NCBI GenBank assembly: GCA_963737905.1
Contig: CAVTUQ010000012.1
Location: forward strand, 1-64,000
Direction of reading: 5' to 3'
From: an uncultured delta proteobacterium
GTDB lineage: Bacteria; Desulfobacterota; Binatia; UBA9968
DNA length: 64,000 nt
The notes beneath the pieces were generated by a model that was not told where the DNA came from, ran no database searches, and was given only the letters and a program-made list of their open reading frames with translations. The translations under genes were made by a program, and so were the position numbers. Numbering within the stretch: position 1 is the stretch's first letter; each line of letters begins with the position of its first letter. Of the stretch, positions 1 to 10,361 are shown piece after piece.

Positions 1-99
1 ACAAGTGAAACCGCGGCAGAGGCGCAGAAAAAAAACGGATACCAAACAATCACCCCTACCTTTGTCCTTCCCCAAGGAGGGGAAGGAACTATTCCAACT

Positions 100-342
100 T
101 CTCTCTTCGTGCTCTTCGAGAACTCCTTCGAAAATACGCGGGGTGGAGGGCCTGGGTCAGTCTTAGTACGACTCCTCGATTCCGTCATTCCAGCATGGAG
201 TGCTGGGATCCAGGCCGACATGGATGTTTCCGGACGCATCCTGCGCACCTGGATGCCGGCCATCCATGCCGGCATGACGAAGCTCTCCATTTTCATGCTT
301 TGTGGGCGAGCGTAAGATCATGAATCACTTCGTGGTGAAAGT
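100..342. repeat. Composite intergenic repeat: REP-like double hairpin (GTCATTCCAGCATG...CATGCCGGCATGAC, ~183-278) nested in a CTTCGTG...CTTCGTGGTGAAA-type repeat
   Basis: GTCAT...ATGAC-bounded imperfect palindromes; related elements at 19514-19600, 22134-22210, 42535-42590. Confidence 0.6.
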
Positions 343-440
343 GGTTTGTTAAACGTATAAAAGCGCATCGACCGAACCGCTTGCTGTCGATGTCATTTTA
401 CTGTGCTACGATGGTTACAACTTTCTTGATCGGAGTTGAT

Positions 441-2150
441 ATGAGTGATCAAGCCAACTCGCAATCCTCTTTTTTGCAGAACCGCAGCCCGCGTCGCCGT
501 GTGCTCATTGTCGGCGGTGTGGCGGGGGGCGCGTCCTGCGCGGCCCGATTGAGACGGCTTGACGAGTCCGTTGAGATCATCATGTTCGATCGCGGGCCGT
601 ATGTTTCGTTCGCGAACTGCGGGCTGCCCTACTACGTCGGCAACGTCATATCTGACGAGCGCAAGCTGCTGGTGGCGTCGCGGGAAATGTTTCACGATCG
701 ATTCAATATTGAGGTGCACACCGACACCGAAGTCACCGGCGTCGACCGCAGCGCGCGCAAGATCACGGTGCGCGATGGGCGGACCGGCAACAGCCGCGCG
801 GAGCACTACGACGCGCTTGTGCTTTCCCCTGGGGCGGCGCCGATCCGGCCGCCGCTGCCTGGGGTGGAGTTGCCCGGCGTCTTCGCCGTGCGCAGCATTC
901 CCGACTCACGCCGCATCCGCTCCTGGATTGCGGATCGTCGCGCCAAAACCGCGGTCGTCGTCGGTGGCGGGTTCATCGGTTTGGAGATGGTCGAAAACTT
1001 GATCCATCGCGAGCTGTCCGTGGCGATTTTGGAGAAGTTGCCTCAGGTAATGCCCCCGCTGGATCCTGAGTTAGCGGTGCCGCTCAAGGAGCACCTTGCC
1101 GCCAAAGGCGTACAGCTCCATTTAGGCGACGGGCTTGCTCGCATTGAAGAGCAGGGCGGCGGCGGCTTGATCGTCGTCGCGGAGAGCGGCGCGCGCTTGC
1201 CCGCCGATCTCGTCATACTGGCCATCGGAGTGCGGCCCGAGACCGCGCTGGCCAAGGACGCCGGTCTGCAGATCGGTCCTCGCGGCGGCATTGTCGTCGA
1301 TGCCCAGATGCGAACTTCCGATCCAAGCATCTGGGCGGTGGGAGATGTCGTCGAAGTGCAAGACGTGCTCACGGGTCAAGAAACCGTACTGCCGCTGGCT
1401 GGACCGGCAAATCGTCAAGGACGAGTTGCCGCGGAGTCGATCGCCGGGCGTGCGACACAGTTCCGCGGCGTGCAGGCCACCGCTGTGGTGGGAGTGCTTG
1501 GGCTGACCGTCGCATCGACGGGTGCGAGTGAGAAAGGGCTGCGGCGCGTCGGTGTCACGAGCTTCCAGGGAGTGTACCTTCACCCGGGGCATCACGCCGG
1601 CTATTACCCCGGCGCACAAGCGATTCATCTGAAACTCCTTTTCGGGGTGCCCGACGGCCGCATCCTCGGCGCGCAAGCGGTGGGGCTCGAAGGCGTGGAA
1701 AAGCGCATCGATGTGATCGCGACGGCAATTCAGTTCAATGGCACAGTGCACGATCTCGCGGAAGTGGAGCTGTGCTATGCGCCGCAGTTCGGTGCCGCAA
1801 AAGATCCGGTTAATCTGGCCGGCATGCTCGCTGAGAACGTGCTCAACGGCGACATGCCGGTGGCCGATTGGCTCGAACTAGACCGGGCCGGCGCGTTGTT
1901 GGTCGACGTGCGCGAACCCGACGAGTTTGCCGGCGGGCACATTCCAAACGCGATCAACCTGCCGCTCTCGCAGCTGCGCTCCCGTTACCTCGAGCTGCCA
2001 AAGGATCGCGATCTCTGGCTCTGCTGCGCCGTGGGACAGCGGGCGTACTATGCCTCGCGTTTCCTGGCGCAGCATGGGTATCGGTCTTACAACCTGTCTG
2101 GAGGGTACACGACGTACAAGGCGCTCAAGGCCTCCGGCCTGGCGAGGTGA
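441..2150 (+). CDS. CoA-disulfide/persulfide reductase with C-terminal rhodanese domain (CoADR-RHD/Npsr-like)
   Basis: GGVAGG FAD motif, SFANCGLPY redox Cys, GGGFIGLE NADH motif, YAPQF, rhodanese DVRE...CAVGQR; GGAG RBS before ATG 441. Confidence 0.9.
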   Translation: MSDQANSQSSFLQNRSPRRRVLIVGGVAGGASCAARLRRLDESVEIIMFDRGPYVSFANCGLPYYVGNVISDERKLLVASREMFHDRFNIEVHTDTEVTGVDRSARKITVRDGRTGNSRAEHYDALVLSPGAAPIRPPLPGVELPGVFAVRSIPDSRRIRSWIADRRAKTAVVVGGGFIGLEMVENLIHRELSVAILEKLPQVMPPLDPELAVPLKEHLAAKGVQLHLGDGLARIEEQGGGGLIVVAESGARLPADLVILAIGVRPETALAKDAGLQIGPRGGIVVDAQMRTSDPSIWAVGDVVEVQDVLTGQETVLPLAGPANRQGRVAAESIAGRATQFRGVQATAVVGVLGLTVASTGASEKGLRRVGVTSFQGVYLHPGHHAGYYPGAQAIHLKLLFGVPDGRILGAQAVGLEGVEKRIDVIATAIQFNGTVHDLAEVELCYAPQFGAAKDPVNLAGMLAENVLNGDMPVADWLELDRAGALLVDVREPDEFAGGHIPNAINLPLSQLRSRYLELPKDRDLWLCCAVGQRAYYASRFLAQHGYRSYNLSGGYTTYKALKASGLAR

Positions 2151-2201
2151 GCCGGTCCATTTTGGCATCGATAAGCATTCTTAAACACTACGGAGAGATC
2201 T

Positions 2202-3089
2202 ATGGCTGATGAAAACTTCCACGGCGTCTTTCCCTATCTCGTGTCCCCCATCGATTCCACCGGCGAGGTCAAGGCGGATGTATTAGCACGACTGTGCGAC
2301 GATCTCATCAACGCAGGCGTTCACGGCTTGACCCCGCTGGGTTCGACGGGTGAGTTTGCCTACCTTTCATGGTCACAGCGAAAGCGCATCGTGGAGGTCG
2401 TCTTAGGAGCGGCGCGTGGCCGGGTGCCGGTGGTTGCCGGGGTCGCTTCGACGACCATCGCCGACGGAGTCGCGCAGGCGCGGGAGTTTGAGGTCCTTGG
2501 CTGCCAGGGCATTCTCGCGATCCTGGAGGCTTACTTTCCAATTTCAGATGAAGGTATCTTCGAGTATTTCAAAGCGATCGCCGGGGCGGTTTCGCTTCCA
2601 GTGGTGCTATATACCAACCCGACCTTTCAGCGTTCGGACTTGAATCTTTCCGTGATTGAGAGACTCAGTCATGTGCCGAACATTCGCTATATTAAGGACG
2701 CCTCTTCCAACACCGGACGCCTGCTTTCAATCATCAACCAGGTGGAAGGCCGGATGAAAGTCTTTTCCGCCTCGGCTCATATCCCGGCCTGCGTGATGCT
2801 CATCGGCGGAGTTGGCTGGATGGCCGGACCCGCTTGCGTTGCGCCGCGTCAAAGCATTCAGCTCTACGAGTTTTGTCGACGAGGCGACTGGAAGGCGGCT
2901 ATGGAACTTCAACGACCGCTCTGGAGCCTGAACCAGGCGTTCGCAAAATATAATCTCGCCGCGTGCATCAAGGGGGGGCTCGAGCTTCAGGGATATCCCG
3001 TAGGCGGTCCGCTACCGCCGCAGGCGCCGCTCCCGCCTGAGGGGGTCGAAGCCGTAAGGCGGACGCTAATCGCTACCGGAGCGCTGTAG
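2202..3089 (+). CDS. Dihydrodipicolinate synthase/NAL-family class I aldolase
   Basis: GSTGEF, LYTNP, YIKDAS (Schiff-base Lys); substrate unknown. Confidence 0.85.
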   Translation: MADENFHGVFPYLVSPIDSTGEVKADVLARLCDDLINAGVHGLTPLGSTGEFAYLSWSQRKRIVEVVLGAARGRVPVVAGVASTTIADGVAQAREFEVLGCQGILAILEAYFPISDEGIFEYFKAIAGAVSLPVVLYTNPTFQRSDLNLSVIERLSHVPNIRYIKDASSNTGRLLSIINQVEGRMKVFSASAHIPACVMLIGGVGWMAGPACVAPRQSIQLYEFCRRGDWKAAMELQRPLWSLNQAFAKYNLAACIKGGLELQGYPVGGPLPPQAPLPPEGVEAVRRTLIATGAL

Positions 3090-3342
3090 CGCAACCGAAG
3101 CCCACAAAAGAATTCAGAAGAGGCGTTCACGCGGAGGACACAAGAAGTACTCCGACCTCCTTGAGTCTGCGCCGAAGGGTGGGAATCACGGGATGTTCGG
3201 AGTGGCCTCTGCTAGAGACGGTGGTGGATGACCACTCAAAATCCCGGAGTGTTTCGATTGCAAGTTTGCGACTTCCGGGAGGAAATTTTTTCAAGAATGC
3301 GAATTTGTTGAATATGAATGAAGCAAAATCGCGGCATTCGGG

Positions 3343-3357
3343 TGGCATACTGCTTGC
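3343..3357 (+). promoter_or_regulatory. sigma54 -24/-12 promoter for hsp20-usp-usp
   Basis: TGGCATACTGCTTGC (GG-N10-GC) ~54 bp upstream of ATG 3411. Confidence 0.75.
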
Positions 3358-3410
3358 GGAACTAAGGACTGGGAGGGACCCGAAACCGCAAAAGTAAGGA
3401 GGGATCAACA

Positions 3411-3902
3411 ATGGCAGAAAAAGCAAAAGAAAAGGAAACAAAGGCTGTGGCGCCATGGAGACCTTTCATGGATCTGTCTCGATGGGACAGAGACATGGAG
3501 CGGATGATGGGAGATTTTTTTGGCCGAAGGCCATGGTGGCCGGAAAGGTGGTTCAGAACCGAAGAGATGGAGTTGACCGCTCCAGTAGTGGATCTGTACG
3601 AAGAAAAAGACGACATTGTCGTCAAAGCCGAGCTCCCCGGAATTGAGAAAGACAAGATCGAAGTCAACCTTGCCGACCACACGCTTACTATCAAGGGGGA
3701 AAAGAAAAAAGAGGAAGAGATTAAGGAGGAGAACTACTACAGGTCGGAGCGCTCCTATGGCTCCTTCATGAGGACCCTGGAGTTGCCGAAGGATGTTCAT
3801 GCGGATAAAGTGAAGGCGACCTTTAAGAACGGCATTTTGGAGGTGAGGCTACCCAAGACAGAGGAGGCCAAGACCAAAGAAGTGAAAGTGAAAGTAGACT
3901 GA
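3411..3902 (+). CDS. Hsp20/alpha-crystallin small heat-shock protein
   Basis: PVVDLYE, AELPG, ERSYGSFMR, ATFKNGILEVRLPK; AAGGAGG RBS. Confidence 0.95.
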   Translation: MAEKAKEKETKAVAPWRPFMDLSRWDRDMERMMGDFFGRRPWWPERWFRTEEMELTAPVVDLYEEKDDIVVKAELPGIEKDKIEVNLADHTLTIKGEKKKEEEIKEENYYRSERSYGSFMRTLELPKDVHADKVKATFKNGILEVRLPKTEEAKTKEVKVKVD

Positions 3903-4027
3903 GCGATTCATCGCTAGCGTAGGTATGTAGTTATAACGCGGCTTGCTTGACTGATCCTTGGTCCCTCCCTTCGATGAAGTCAGGAAAGCGTGTCGGGAGA
4001 TCACCAGAAAAGCCACTGGAGGTGCTT

Positions 4028-4927
4028 ATGTTTACCCGAATACTCATACCGCTGGACGGATCGAAGACGGCGGAAAAAGTGCTCCCCTATGCTCGCTTTC
4101 TGGCGGAGGCATTGAAGCTTCCCATAGAGCTGCTCGCAGTCGTCGACATTGCCGAAATGGCAGCCCATATCTCCGCCGAGAGAGCCCGCCACCTCGATAC
4201 GATGATCGAAGATAGCGCGCGAAGCAGTGAACAATACCTCAAAAGGGTTGCCGGTATGTTTCCAGGCGCCAATACCAAATGTACGGTGGAGAAGGGCAAG
4301 GCCGAACAGGCAATCATCGAAACCGCAGCGGTGGACAAAGGCGCGCTTGTCACCATGGCCACGCATGGCCGTTCGGGGATGAACCGCTGGCTATTGGGGA
4401 GTGTCGCAGAAAAGGTTTTGCGTGGTGGAACTAACCCCCTGCTCCTAGTTAGAGCCACGGAAGAGGCGAAAGCGGAGGCGACTTTAAAATCCATCGTGGT
4501 GCCTCTGGATGGCTCCGAGTTGGCGGAAAGCGTGCTGCCCACGGTAGCGGAACTGGCAAAGACATTGAAGCTCGCGGTTGTCTTGTTCCGGGCTTACAAC
4601 ATTCCCATCAGTGCTTACGCCAGTGGCGAAGGGTACTACGCGGTCAACTACGAGGAATTGCTCACGGCAATGCGAGAAGAAGCAGTCGACTATCTCGAGA
4701 AAAGGACGGAGGCGGTGAAAAAGTTGGGGATCGCCAACCTTTCCTATATCGCCCAAGAAGGCTTTGCTGCGGATGAGATCATCTCCCTGGCGCGTAAGTC
4801 CCAGGACAATCTGATCGCCATGTGCACCCATGGACGGTCGGGCGTGAAACGTTGGATGTTGGGCAGCATAACCGAAACCGTCGTGCGTCACTCCAGCGAT
4901 CCAGTTTTGGTCATTCGTGCCGCTTGA
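4028..4927 (+). CDS. Universal stress protein, tandem USP domains
   Basis: ILIPLDGS / IVVPLDGS and two THGRSG...GS(V/I) motifs; GGAGG RBS before ATG 4028. Confidence 0.93.
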   Translation: MFTRILIPLDGSKTAEKVLPYARFLAEALKLPIELLAVVDIAEMAAHISAERARHLDTMIEDSARSSEQYLKRVAGMFPGANTKCTVEKGKAEQAIIETAAVDKGALVTMATHGRSGMNRWLLGSVAEKVLRGGTNPLLLVRATEEAKAEATLKSIVVPLDGSELAESVLPTVAELAKTLKLAVVLFRAYNIPISAYASGEGYYAVNYEELLTAMREEAVDYLEKRTEAVKKLGIANLSYIAQEGFAADEIISLARKSQDNLIAMCTHGRSGVKRWMLGSITETVVRHSSDPVLVIRAA

Positions 4928-4957
4928 CGACGGGGTGACGAAGGAGAATCGCGGAAC

Positions 4958-5875
4958 ATGTATACGAAAATTCTGGTACCGCTAGATGGATCCGCAGTGG
5001 CCGAACAGGTTCTGCCCTACGTTCGCACCCTGGCGAGCGGACTTAAGATCCCGGTAGAACTCATGGGGGTCGTGGACATGGCACAGTTCGACTCCCATAT
5101 AGCTGCAGAAAAGGGGCGGTACCTCGATACCCTGATAGAAGACAGCGTCCGCTGCAGTAGAGAATACCTGACGGGAGTTGCTCAGACATTTTCCGGTGCT
5201 AAGGTCAGCTTTGCGGTCGAGAACGGCGGAGCCGCGGAGGTTATCATCGCGAAGGCAGGAGCGGACAAAGAAACGCTTATCGCCATGGCAACGCATGGTC
5301 GTTCGGGAATTAACCGGTGGTTATTGGGAAGCGTGGCAGAAAAGGTTTTGCGGGGTTCGGCTAATCCGCTGCTTCTGGTTAGAGCCAAAGCCGAGACCAA
5401 AGCGGCAGGAGCGGCGACCCTGAAATCCATCGTGGTGCCGCTGGACGGCTCCGAGCTGGCGGAGGGTGTGCTGCCGGCGGTTCTCGAAATCGCAAAGAAA
5501 CTGAATATGGAAATTGTTTTGTTCCGCGCTTTTAGTGTTCCCTATAGCGTCTTTGGCGGCGTAGGTGAGCACATTGCGATTGTTGATGAATTGCTTGGGG
5601 GGATAAAAGCAGAAGCTCGCGACTATCTCGAGAAGCAAACTGAAGAACTGAAGAAGCAGGGAGCTAACAAGGTTTCCTATGTTCTAGAGCAAGGTTACAG
5701 TGCAGATCAGATCATTTCGTTGGGCCGCAAAACCCCTGAGAACCTGATCGCCATGTGCACACATGGGTGGTCGGGCGTAAAGGGTTGGGTGTTGGGTAGT
5801 ATTACCGAAACGGTGGTGCGCCACTCCGGCGATCCGGTCTTGATCATTCGTGGCCAGTTGATGCCGGGATTATGA
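4958..5875 (+). CDS. Universal stress protein, tandem USP domains (paralog of upstream gene)
   Basis: Same motif architecture, clear similarity to 4028-4927. Confidence 0.93.
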   Translation: MYTKILVPLDGSAVAEQVLPYVRTLASGLKIPVELMGVVDMAQFDSHIAAEKGRYLDTLIEDSVRCSREYLTGVAQTFSGAKVSFAVENGGAAEVIIAKAGADKETLIAMATHGRSGINRWLLGSVAEKVLRGSANPLLLVRAKAETKAAGAATLKSIVVPLDGSELAEGVLPAVLEIAKKLNMEIVLFRAFSVPYSVFGGVGEHIAIVDELLGGIKAEARDYLEKQTEELKKQGANKVSYVLEQGYSADQIISLGRKTPENLIAMCTHGWSGVKGWVLGSITETVVRHSGDPVLIIRGQLMPGL

Positions 5876-6047
5876 TGGAGAAGGAGATTTTTGAAATCAG
5901 CTTGTCGTCTTTGATTTTTGCCAGAGATACGTTTCTGTTCCATGTAAGAGAGTACCTCTCTGACTCGGTCACGGGTTAACACATCTTTTTGCCCTAAAAA
6001 CTGCCTTGGCGCCTCTTCAGTGTAATTTTCTACTCATTTCGCTTGGG

Positions 6048-9000
6048 TTACCCCAGAAACTCCAATGTATATCCCCTTCGGCGGTAGTATTTTTTCACTT
6101 CTTCGAAGGCGATCAGCAGGATAGTGCCGTGAAAGGCAAAGAGATAAACATGCCACGGCACCGGAGCAAAGAAGTAGATCCTGGACAACGGCGTGTAGAA
6201 AAATAAATAGCAGAGCAGGAGTGCGAATAGGATACCCACATCAATGAGCGGGTTCGAAATGAAATTAAAAATCACGTAATGCCGCTCCAGAAATTTTGCG
6301 AGCCAGGCAGTGGACGGCATGATGAAGGGCCGCTCGAGTAGGACGAGCAACTGCGCCAGCGCCATCCAGATAAGTCGGAACGGGAGGAGCAGGAGACTTC
6401 CAGTAAGGGCAAAGAAGGCACGCACGACCTCGAATTCGGTGGCGCCTCTTACGTGATAGTCAATCCGCACGCGATGGGTGTAGCGCGGCGGATGCCAGCG
6501 GGCGATGGCTTCCAGGGCTTCGCGGCGGTGAAGCGGGTTCAAAAAGTTTCGGGAGAAAAGAGAGCTTTTCCAGGAGCGCTTACACAGGACATTGGCGATC
6601 TGCGTGGTGACGGTCGGGAAGAAATAGGCGGTCAGAGTCTGCAGGTAAGCGTGTGAGGCGTCCTGGAATCTGAAGCCCTCGGGAGATGGCGGCATGGAAG
6701 AAGCCCCTAACCCTGGCCGCCATGCGCCGAGAACCCAGCCCATGTAGTAGTAAGTAGCGTAGCAACTGAGTGCCAGGAGACTTCCGTGAACGAAGTAAGA
6801 GCGAAGAATAAAATTGAGCGAGAGCAGTTTTTCATTCTGCTGCCGCGGCGGCCGCTCCATAATTCCCTCTTCGGGACGCTCGATACCCAGGCCCATCGCC
6901 GGAATCAGATCCGTTCCGACATCGACCGCCAGCACGCCCATGACCGTCATGGCGAGGGGTATGTCCGGAAATAAGACCCAAAAGATGTAGGGGTACATTT
7001 CTTGTGGGTTGCTGTTCAGGACGTAGGCGGCAAAACGTTTGATGTTTTCGAATATGCCTCGACCTTCTTCAATGGCGGCGACAATGGAACTGAAGTTGTC
7101 GTCGGTCAAAATCATGTGGGCGGCTTCCTTCGCAACATCGTTGCCGCGTAGCCCCATCGCAATGCCGATATCGGCCTTCTTTAGCGCGGGAGCGTCATTT
7201 ACTCCGTCCCCGGTGACGGCGACGATTTCGCCCATCGCTTTCAACGACGAAACAATGCGCAGTTTATGCTCAGGTGCGACGCGGGCGAAGATCGTCTCGC
7301 CCTGGGCGAGAATACTTCGCAGTTTGTCATCGTCCATTTCCGAGACTTGAGCGCCCGTAAATGTTTGAAGCGGAGAGCTATGGCCCAGGCCGATCTGTTC
7401 GCCGATGCTCGCGGCGGTCAAAGCGTAATCCCCGGTGACCATAAGCACGCGGATGCCCGCGGTGTGACAGGCGCGGATGGCGGCGGGAACTTCCGGGCGT
7501 ACCGGATCGGACAAAGCCGCAAGGCCCAAAAAAATGAGATGGTTTTCGATCTGCTCGGAACTGTAAGGCGCGCCTTGCAACTCTTCACCATCCCGGTAGG
7601 CAAAGGCAAGGACGCGAAGCCCCCGGCTTGCCATGGAGTCGTTTTCCTGCCGGATCCGGTGGCGGTCCTGTTCGGTCAGCGGCTGTACCTCGTTTTCCGC
7701 CAAGATTCGATCGCATCGTTCAAGTGTCTCGAGGGGCGCCCCTTTTACATACACGATCGGTTCATCGTGCTGATCAACCTTTACGACCACGCTCATTCGT
7801 TTGCGAATCGATTCAAAAGGATTGAGATGGAGTCGGAGATGAGTCCCGCGTATCCCCGCCTTCTCGGCCAAGCAAACGAGCGCTCCCTCGGTGGGGTCGC
7901 CGATCACGCGGTAGTCGCTGCCGCTCTTTTCTAGTTTCGCGTTGTTACAAATGAAGGCGCATTCGAGCAGACGGCGCAACGTGGTCCAATGCGAAATGCT
8001 TTCCAGGGACAATACGGTTCCATCGACCGTGAAATCGCCGCGCGGTTGATAGCCGACCCCTGAAACGTCGATGACTCGTCCTTCCACGGCGACTTCAGTG
8101 ACCATCATCAAATTTTGTGTCAACGTACCGGTCTTGTCGCAGCAGATGACCGTGGTGCAGCCCAGAGTTTCAACGGCAGGCAGGTTTTTCACCAGAGCGT
8201 GACGTTTCGCCATGCGCTGGACACCCATAGCCAGCGATAAAGTAACGGTGGGCAGCAGTCCTTCGGGAACGTTGGCAACAAATAGGCCGATGCAAAAAAC
8301 GAAGGCTTCCAGAAAACTAAGTCCGGCAACAAGCCAACCCAAGAGCAGGAAGATCAAGCCCAAACTACCGGCAAGAGCCGCGATGGCATACACCGTCGTG
8401 CGCAGCTGGCTCTGCAAAGGACTTTCTTCGATTCGAATCTGCTGGGTCAGGTTGGCGATTTTGCCGATCTCGGAGTTCATTCCGGTGCCAAAGACCAGCG
8501 CGCGAGCGCGACCGCTAACCAGGGAAGTCCCGGCAAAGACAATATTGGGAAGTTCGATCCATAGAAATTTACCGGAGATCAAGACAGGTTGGTCGGATTT
8601 GTAGCGATGTGCCGGCGTGGACTCGCCAGTGAGAGACGAGTTGTCCACTTCGACTTCGAACGCCTCCAACAAACGAGCGTCCGCCGGCACGAAATCGCCT
8701 TCTTCCAGAACAATCACGTCGCCGGGCACGAGGTCCCGGGCTTCTATTTCGCTTAGCTTGCCGTCGCGAATGATCCGACATCTCTGCGCGATCAACTGCT
8801 GCAACATTTCCAGAGCGCGATCGGATTTGTATTCTTGGAGAAAAGCGAAAAGGCCGTTGACGAGGACGACCGTCAGAATCGCCAAGCCGAGCTGCGGGAG
8901 ATCTACTCCCGGAATGAAGCAAAGCAAGGCTGCGATCCAGAGCAGCACGGCAAAGAAGCTAAAGAGGTTCCTGATGAGTTTGAAATACCAGGGAATCCGG

Positions 9001-9566
9001 TAGGCTTGTCTTAACACATTGGGTCCGTACCGCACCAGACGCGCGGTTGCCTCTTCTCTTGTCAGACCATTGGCGAGATCGCTTTGCAGTTCAAAGGCGA
9101 TCTGCTCCTGGGTAAGATTAATGTAAGTCGGGAGGGCTGATTGTTGCTCCGCAACCGCCACTACTTTGCGCACCCGGGCGGGGTCTCGCTGGGCCAGGAG
9201 TTCGTTGCGGATCCCGGGTAAAAGTGAACAAACCCGTTGTAGGATTTGCAGATGTTGAGCCGGTTGTTCCGCCGGCGTAACCAGGAATAGAACGATCTTA
9301 ATCACATGGTTGTTGAACGTGATTCCTTCTCGGGAAAGGCCCAGGATCAGTTCCGGTGCCGGAAGATTGTCAACGCGTAAATGAGGGATTGCGATGCCGT
9401 CGCCGATGTAACTGAAACGCTCCTCGTCACCCTGGATTGTCTTGTTCCGCAATTGCAACGTCAAATCGGGTATGGTCGATTGCTTACTGAGCGTTTCGAG
9501 AGCCTGCGCGAAGTCGCCCTTGAGGCCGAAAACGATTTTGGCGGGATCGAGAAGCTCGGTGATCAC
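6048..9566 (-). CDS. P-type cation ATPase (P2C/Na+,K+-ATPase-like) with N-terminal PTS EIIA domain
   Basis: DKTGTLT, TGES, KGAPL, TGDGVND; M4 VANVPEGL, M5 NSNPQE, M6 DVGTD; N-terminal DGIAIPHLR EIIA(Fru/Ntr)-type motif. Confidence 0.9.
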   Translation of the reverse strand: MITELLDPAKIVFGLKGDFAQALETLSKQSTIPDLTLQLRNKTIQGDEERFSYIGDGIAIPHLRVDNLPAPELILGLSREGITFNNHVIKIVLFLVTPAEQPAQHLQILQRVCSLLPGIRNELLAQRDPARVRKVVAVAEQQSALPTYINLTQEQIAFELQSDLANGLTREEATARLVRYGPNVLRQAYRIPWYFKLIRNLFSFFAVLLWIAALLCFIPGVDLPQLGLAILTVVLVNGLFAFLQEYKSDRALEMLQQLIAQRCRIIRDGKLSEIEARDLVPGDVIVLEEGDFVPADARLLEAFEVEVDNSSLTGESTPAHRYKSDQPVLISGKFLWIELPNIVFAGTSLVSGRARALVFGTGMNSEIGKIANLTQQIRIEESPLQSQLRTTVYAIAALAGSLGLIFLLLGWLVAGLSFLEAFVFCIGLFVANVPEGLLPTVTLSLAMGVQRMAKRHALVKNLPAVETLGCTTVICCDKTGTLTQNLMMVTEVAVEGRVIDVSGVGYQPRGDFTVDGTVLSLESISHWTTLRRLLECAFICNNAKLEKSGSDYRVIGDPTEGALVCLAEKAGIRGTHLRLHLNPFESIRKRMSVVVKVDQHDEPIVYVKGAPLETLERCDRILAENEVQPLTEQDRHRIRQENDSMASRGLRVLAFAYRDGEELQGAPYSSEQIENHLIFLGLAALSDPVRPEVPAAIRACHTAGIRVLMVTGDYALTAASIGEQIGLGHSSPLQTFTGAQVSEMDDDKLRSILAQGETIFARVAPEHKLRIVSSLKAMGEIVAVTGDGVNDAPALKKADIGIAMGLRGNDVAKEAAHMILTDDNFSSIVAAIEEGRGIFENIKRFAAYVLNSNPQEMYPYIFWVLFPDIPLAMTVMGVLAVDVGTDLIPAMGLGIERPEEGIMERPPRQQNEKLLSLNFILRSYFVHGSLLALSCYATYYYMGWVLGAWRPGLGASSMPPSPEGFRFQDASHAYLQTLTAYFFPTVTTQIANVLCKRSWKSSLFSRNFLNPLHRREALEAIARWHPPRYTHRVRIDYHVRGATEFEVVRAFFALTGSLLLLPFRLIWMALAQLLVLLERPFIMPSTAWLAKFLERHYVIFNFISNPLIDVGILFALLLCYLFFYTPLSRIYFFAPVPWHVYLFAFHGTILLIAFEEVKKYYRRRGYTLEFLG

Positions 9567-9826
9567 GACAATCTCTTGGCTGGAGGAGTACGACCTGGGA
9601 AACGACTCTGTACCGCACAGCCGGCGGAGTGAATCAGTGCCGCCAAGACGACCATAATAAAAATCCCGACCTGGCCGAGCACCGGCCTACCCGTAGCGGC
9701 GCCGATAATCATCAAGCAGGCGAGCAAAGCGAGGTGCTTAGCGATCCTGGTCAGCGAGGTCGAACCGAAGCTTTTAAACGCCCGGGGATGAGAGCTGAAA
9801 TTGCGCACGGCAGATAAATGCAGCAT
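9563..9826 (-). CDS. Small hypothetical membrane protein (2 hydrophobic segments), coupled to the ATPase
   Basis: GAGGTGG RBS before ATG 9826; stop overlaps ATPase GTG (GTGA). Confidence 0.5.
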   Translation of the reverse strand: MLHLSAVRNFSSHPRAFKSFGSTSLTRIAKHLALLACLMIIGAATGRPVLGQVGIFIMVVLAALIHSAGCAVQSRFPGRTPPAKRLS

Positions 9827-10021
9827 CTGTTTCCACCTCACGATAGGAGTGTGCGATTTTCGTCTCTAACTCGCGTGGATGTCGTGGGAGGCGGGCTGGG
9901 ACTCGGAAAAACACATCAAGACCATTTTGAAATAGCATCACTGCCCGTTCGATCGAGCATACGTCGCAAACAGGATCTGTCTTTACAAGTTGCCGAAAAC
10001 CCTAAAAACCCTCCATCCGGC

Positions 10022-10288
10022 TCATTGAATATCGGCAATTTTCCGGATTCCGTCGCCCCAGTCCTCGACCCTAAAGTCTTTGAACGGAATGACGATGGGA
10101 TCTTTCTCTTCAATAGAGATCATGCGCGTGTGGTGCTCGATCAAGAAAGAAATCCTGAGAAGCAAGGAATCATCGCGTACTTCCAGTAGTGTTACTTTCT
10201 CTTCGATATGGGAATACTCTTTATTTCGCAGAATCTCTTTGACCCGTTCTCGGGTCAAAACTTCCTTCTTCCCCAAAAAACCAGCCAT
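10022..10288 (-). CDS. Hypothetical protein (88 aa)
   Basis: AAGGAG RBS, co-oriented with CBS genes. Confidence 0.7.
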   Translation of the reverse strand: MAGFLGKKEVLTRERVKEILRNKEYSHIEEKVTLLEVRDDSLLLRISFLIEHHTRMISIEEKDPIVIPFKDFRVEDWGDGIRKIADIQ

Positions 10289-10361
10289 CGTTGTCTCCTT
10301 ATCTTAAGAGTTGTAAAACCCGTTTCCGAAAACGGACTGTTCCTGGTTCCCTGGGCGAGAA

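Noticed and set aside
109-315. 68-aa ORF
   Set aside because: Translation of palindromic repeat DNA
2202-3089. dapA assignment
   Set aside because: Family motifs only; no lysine-pathway context
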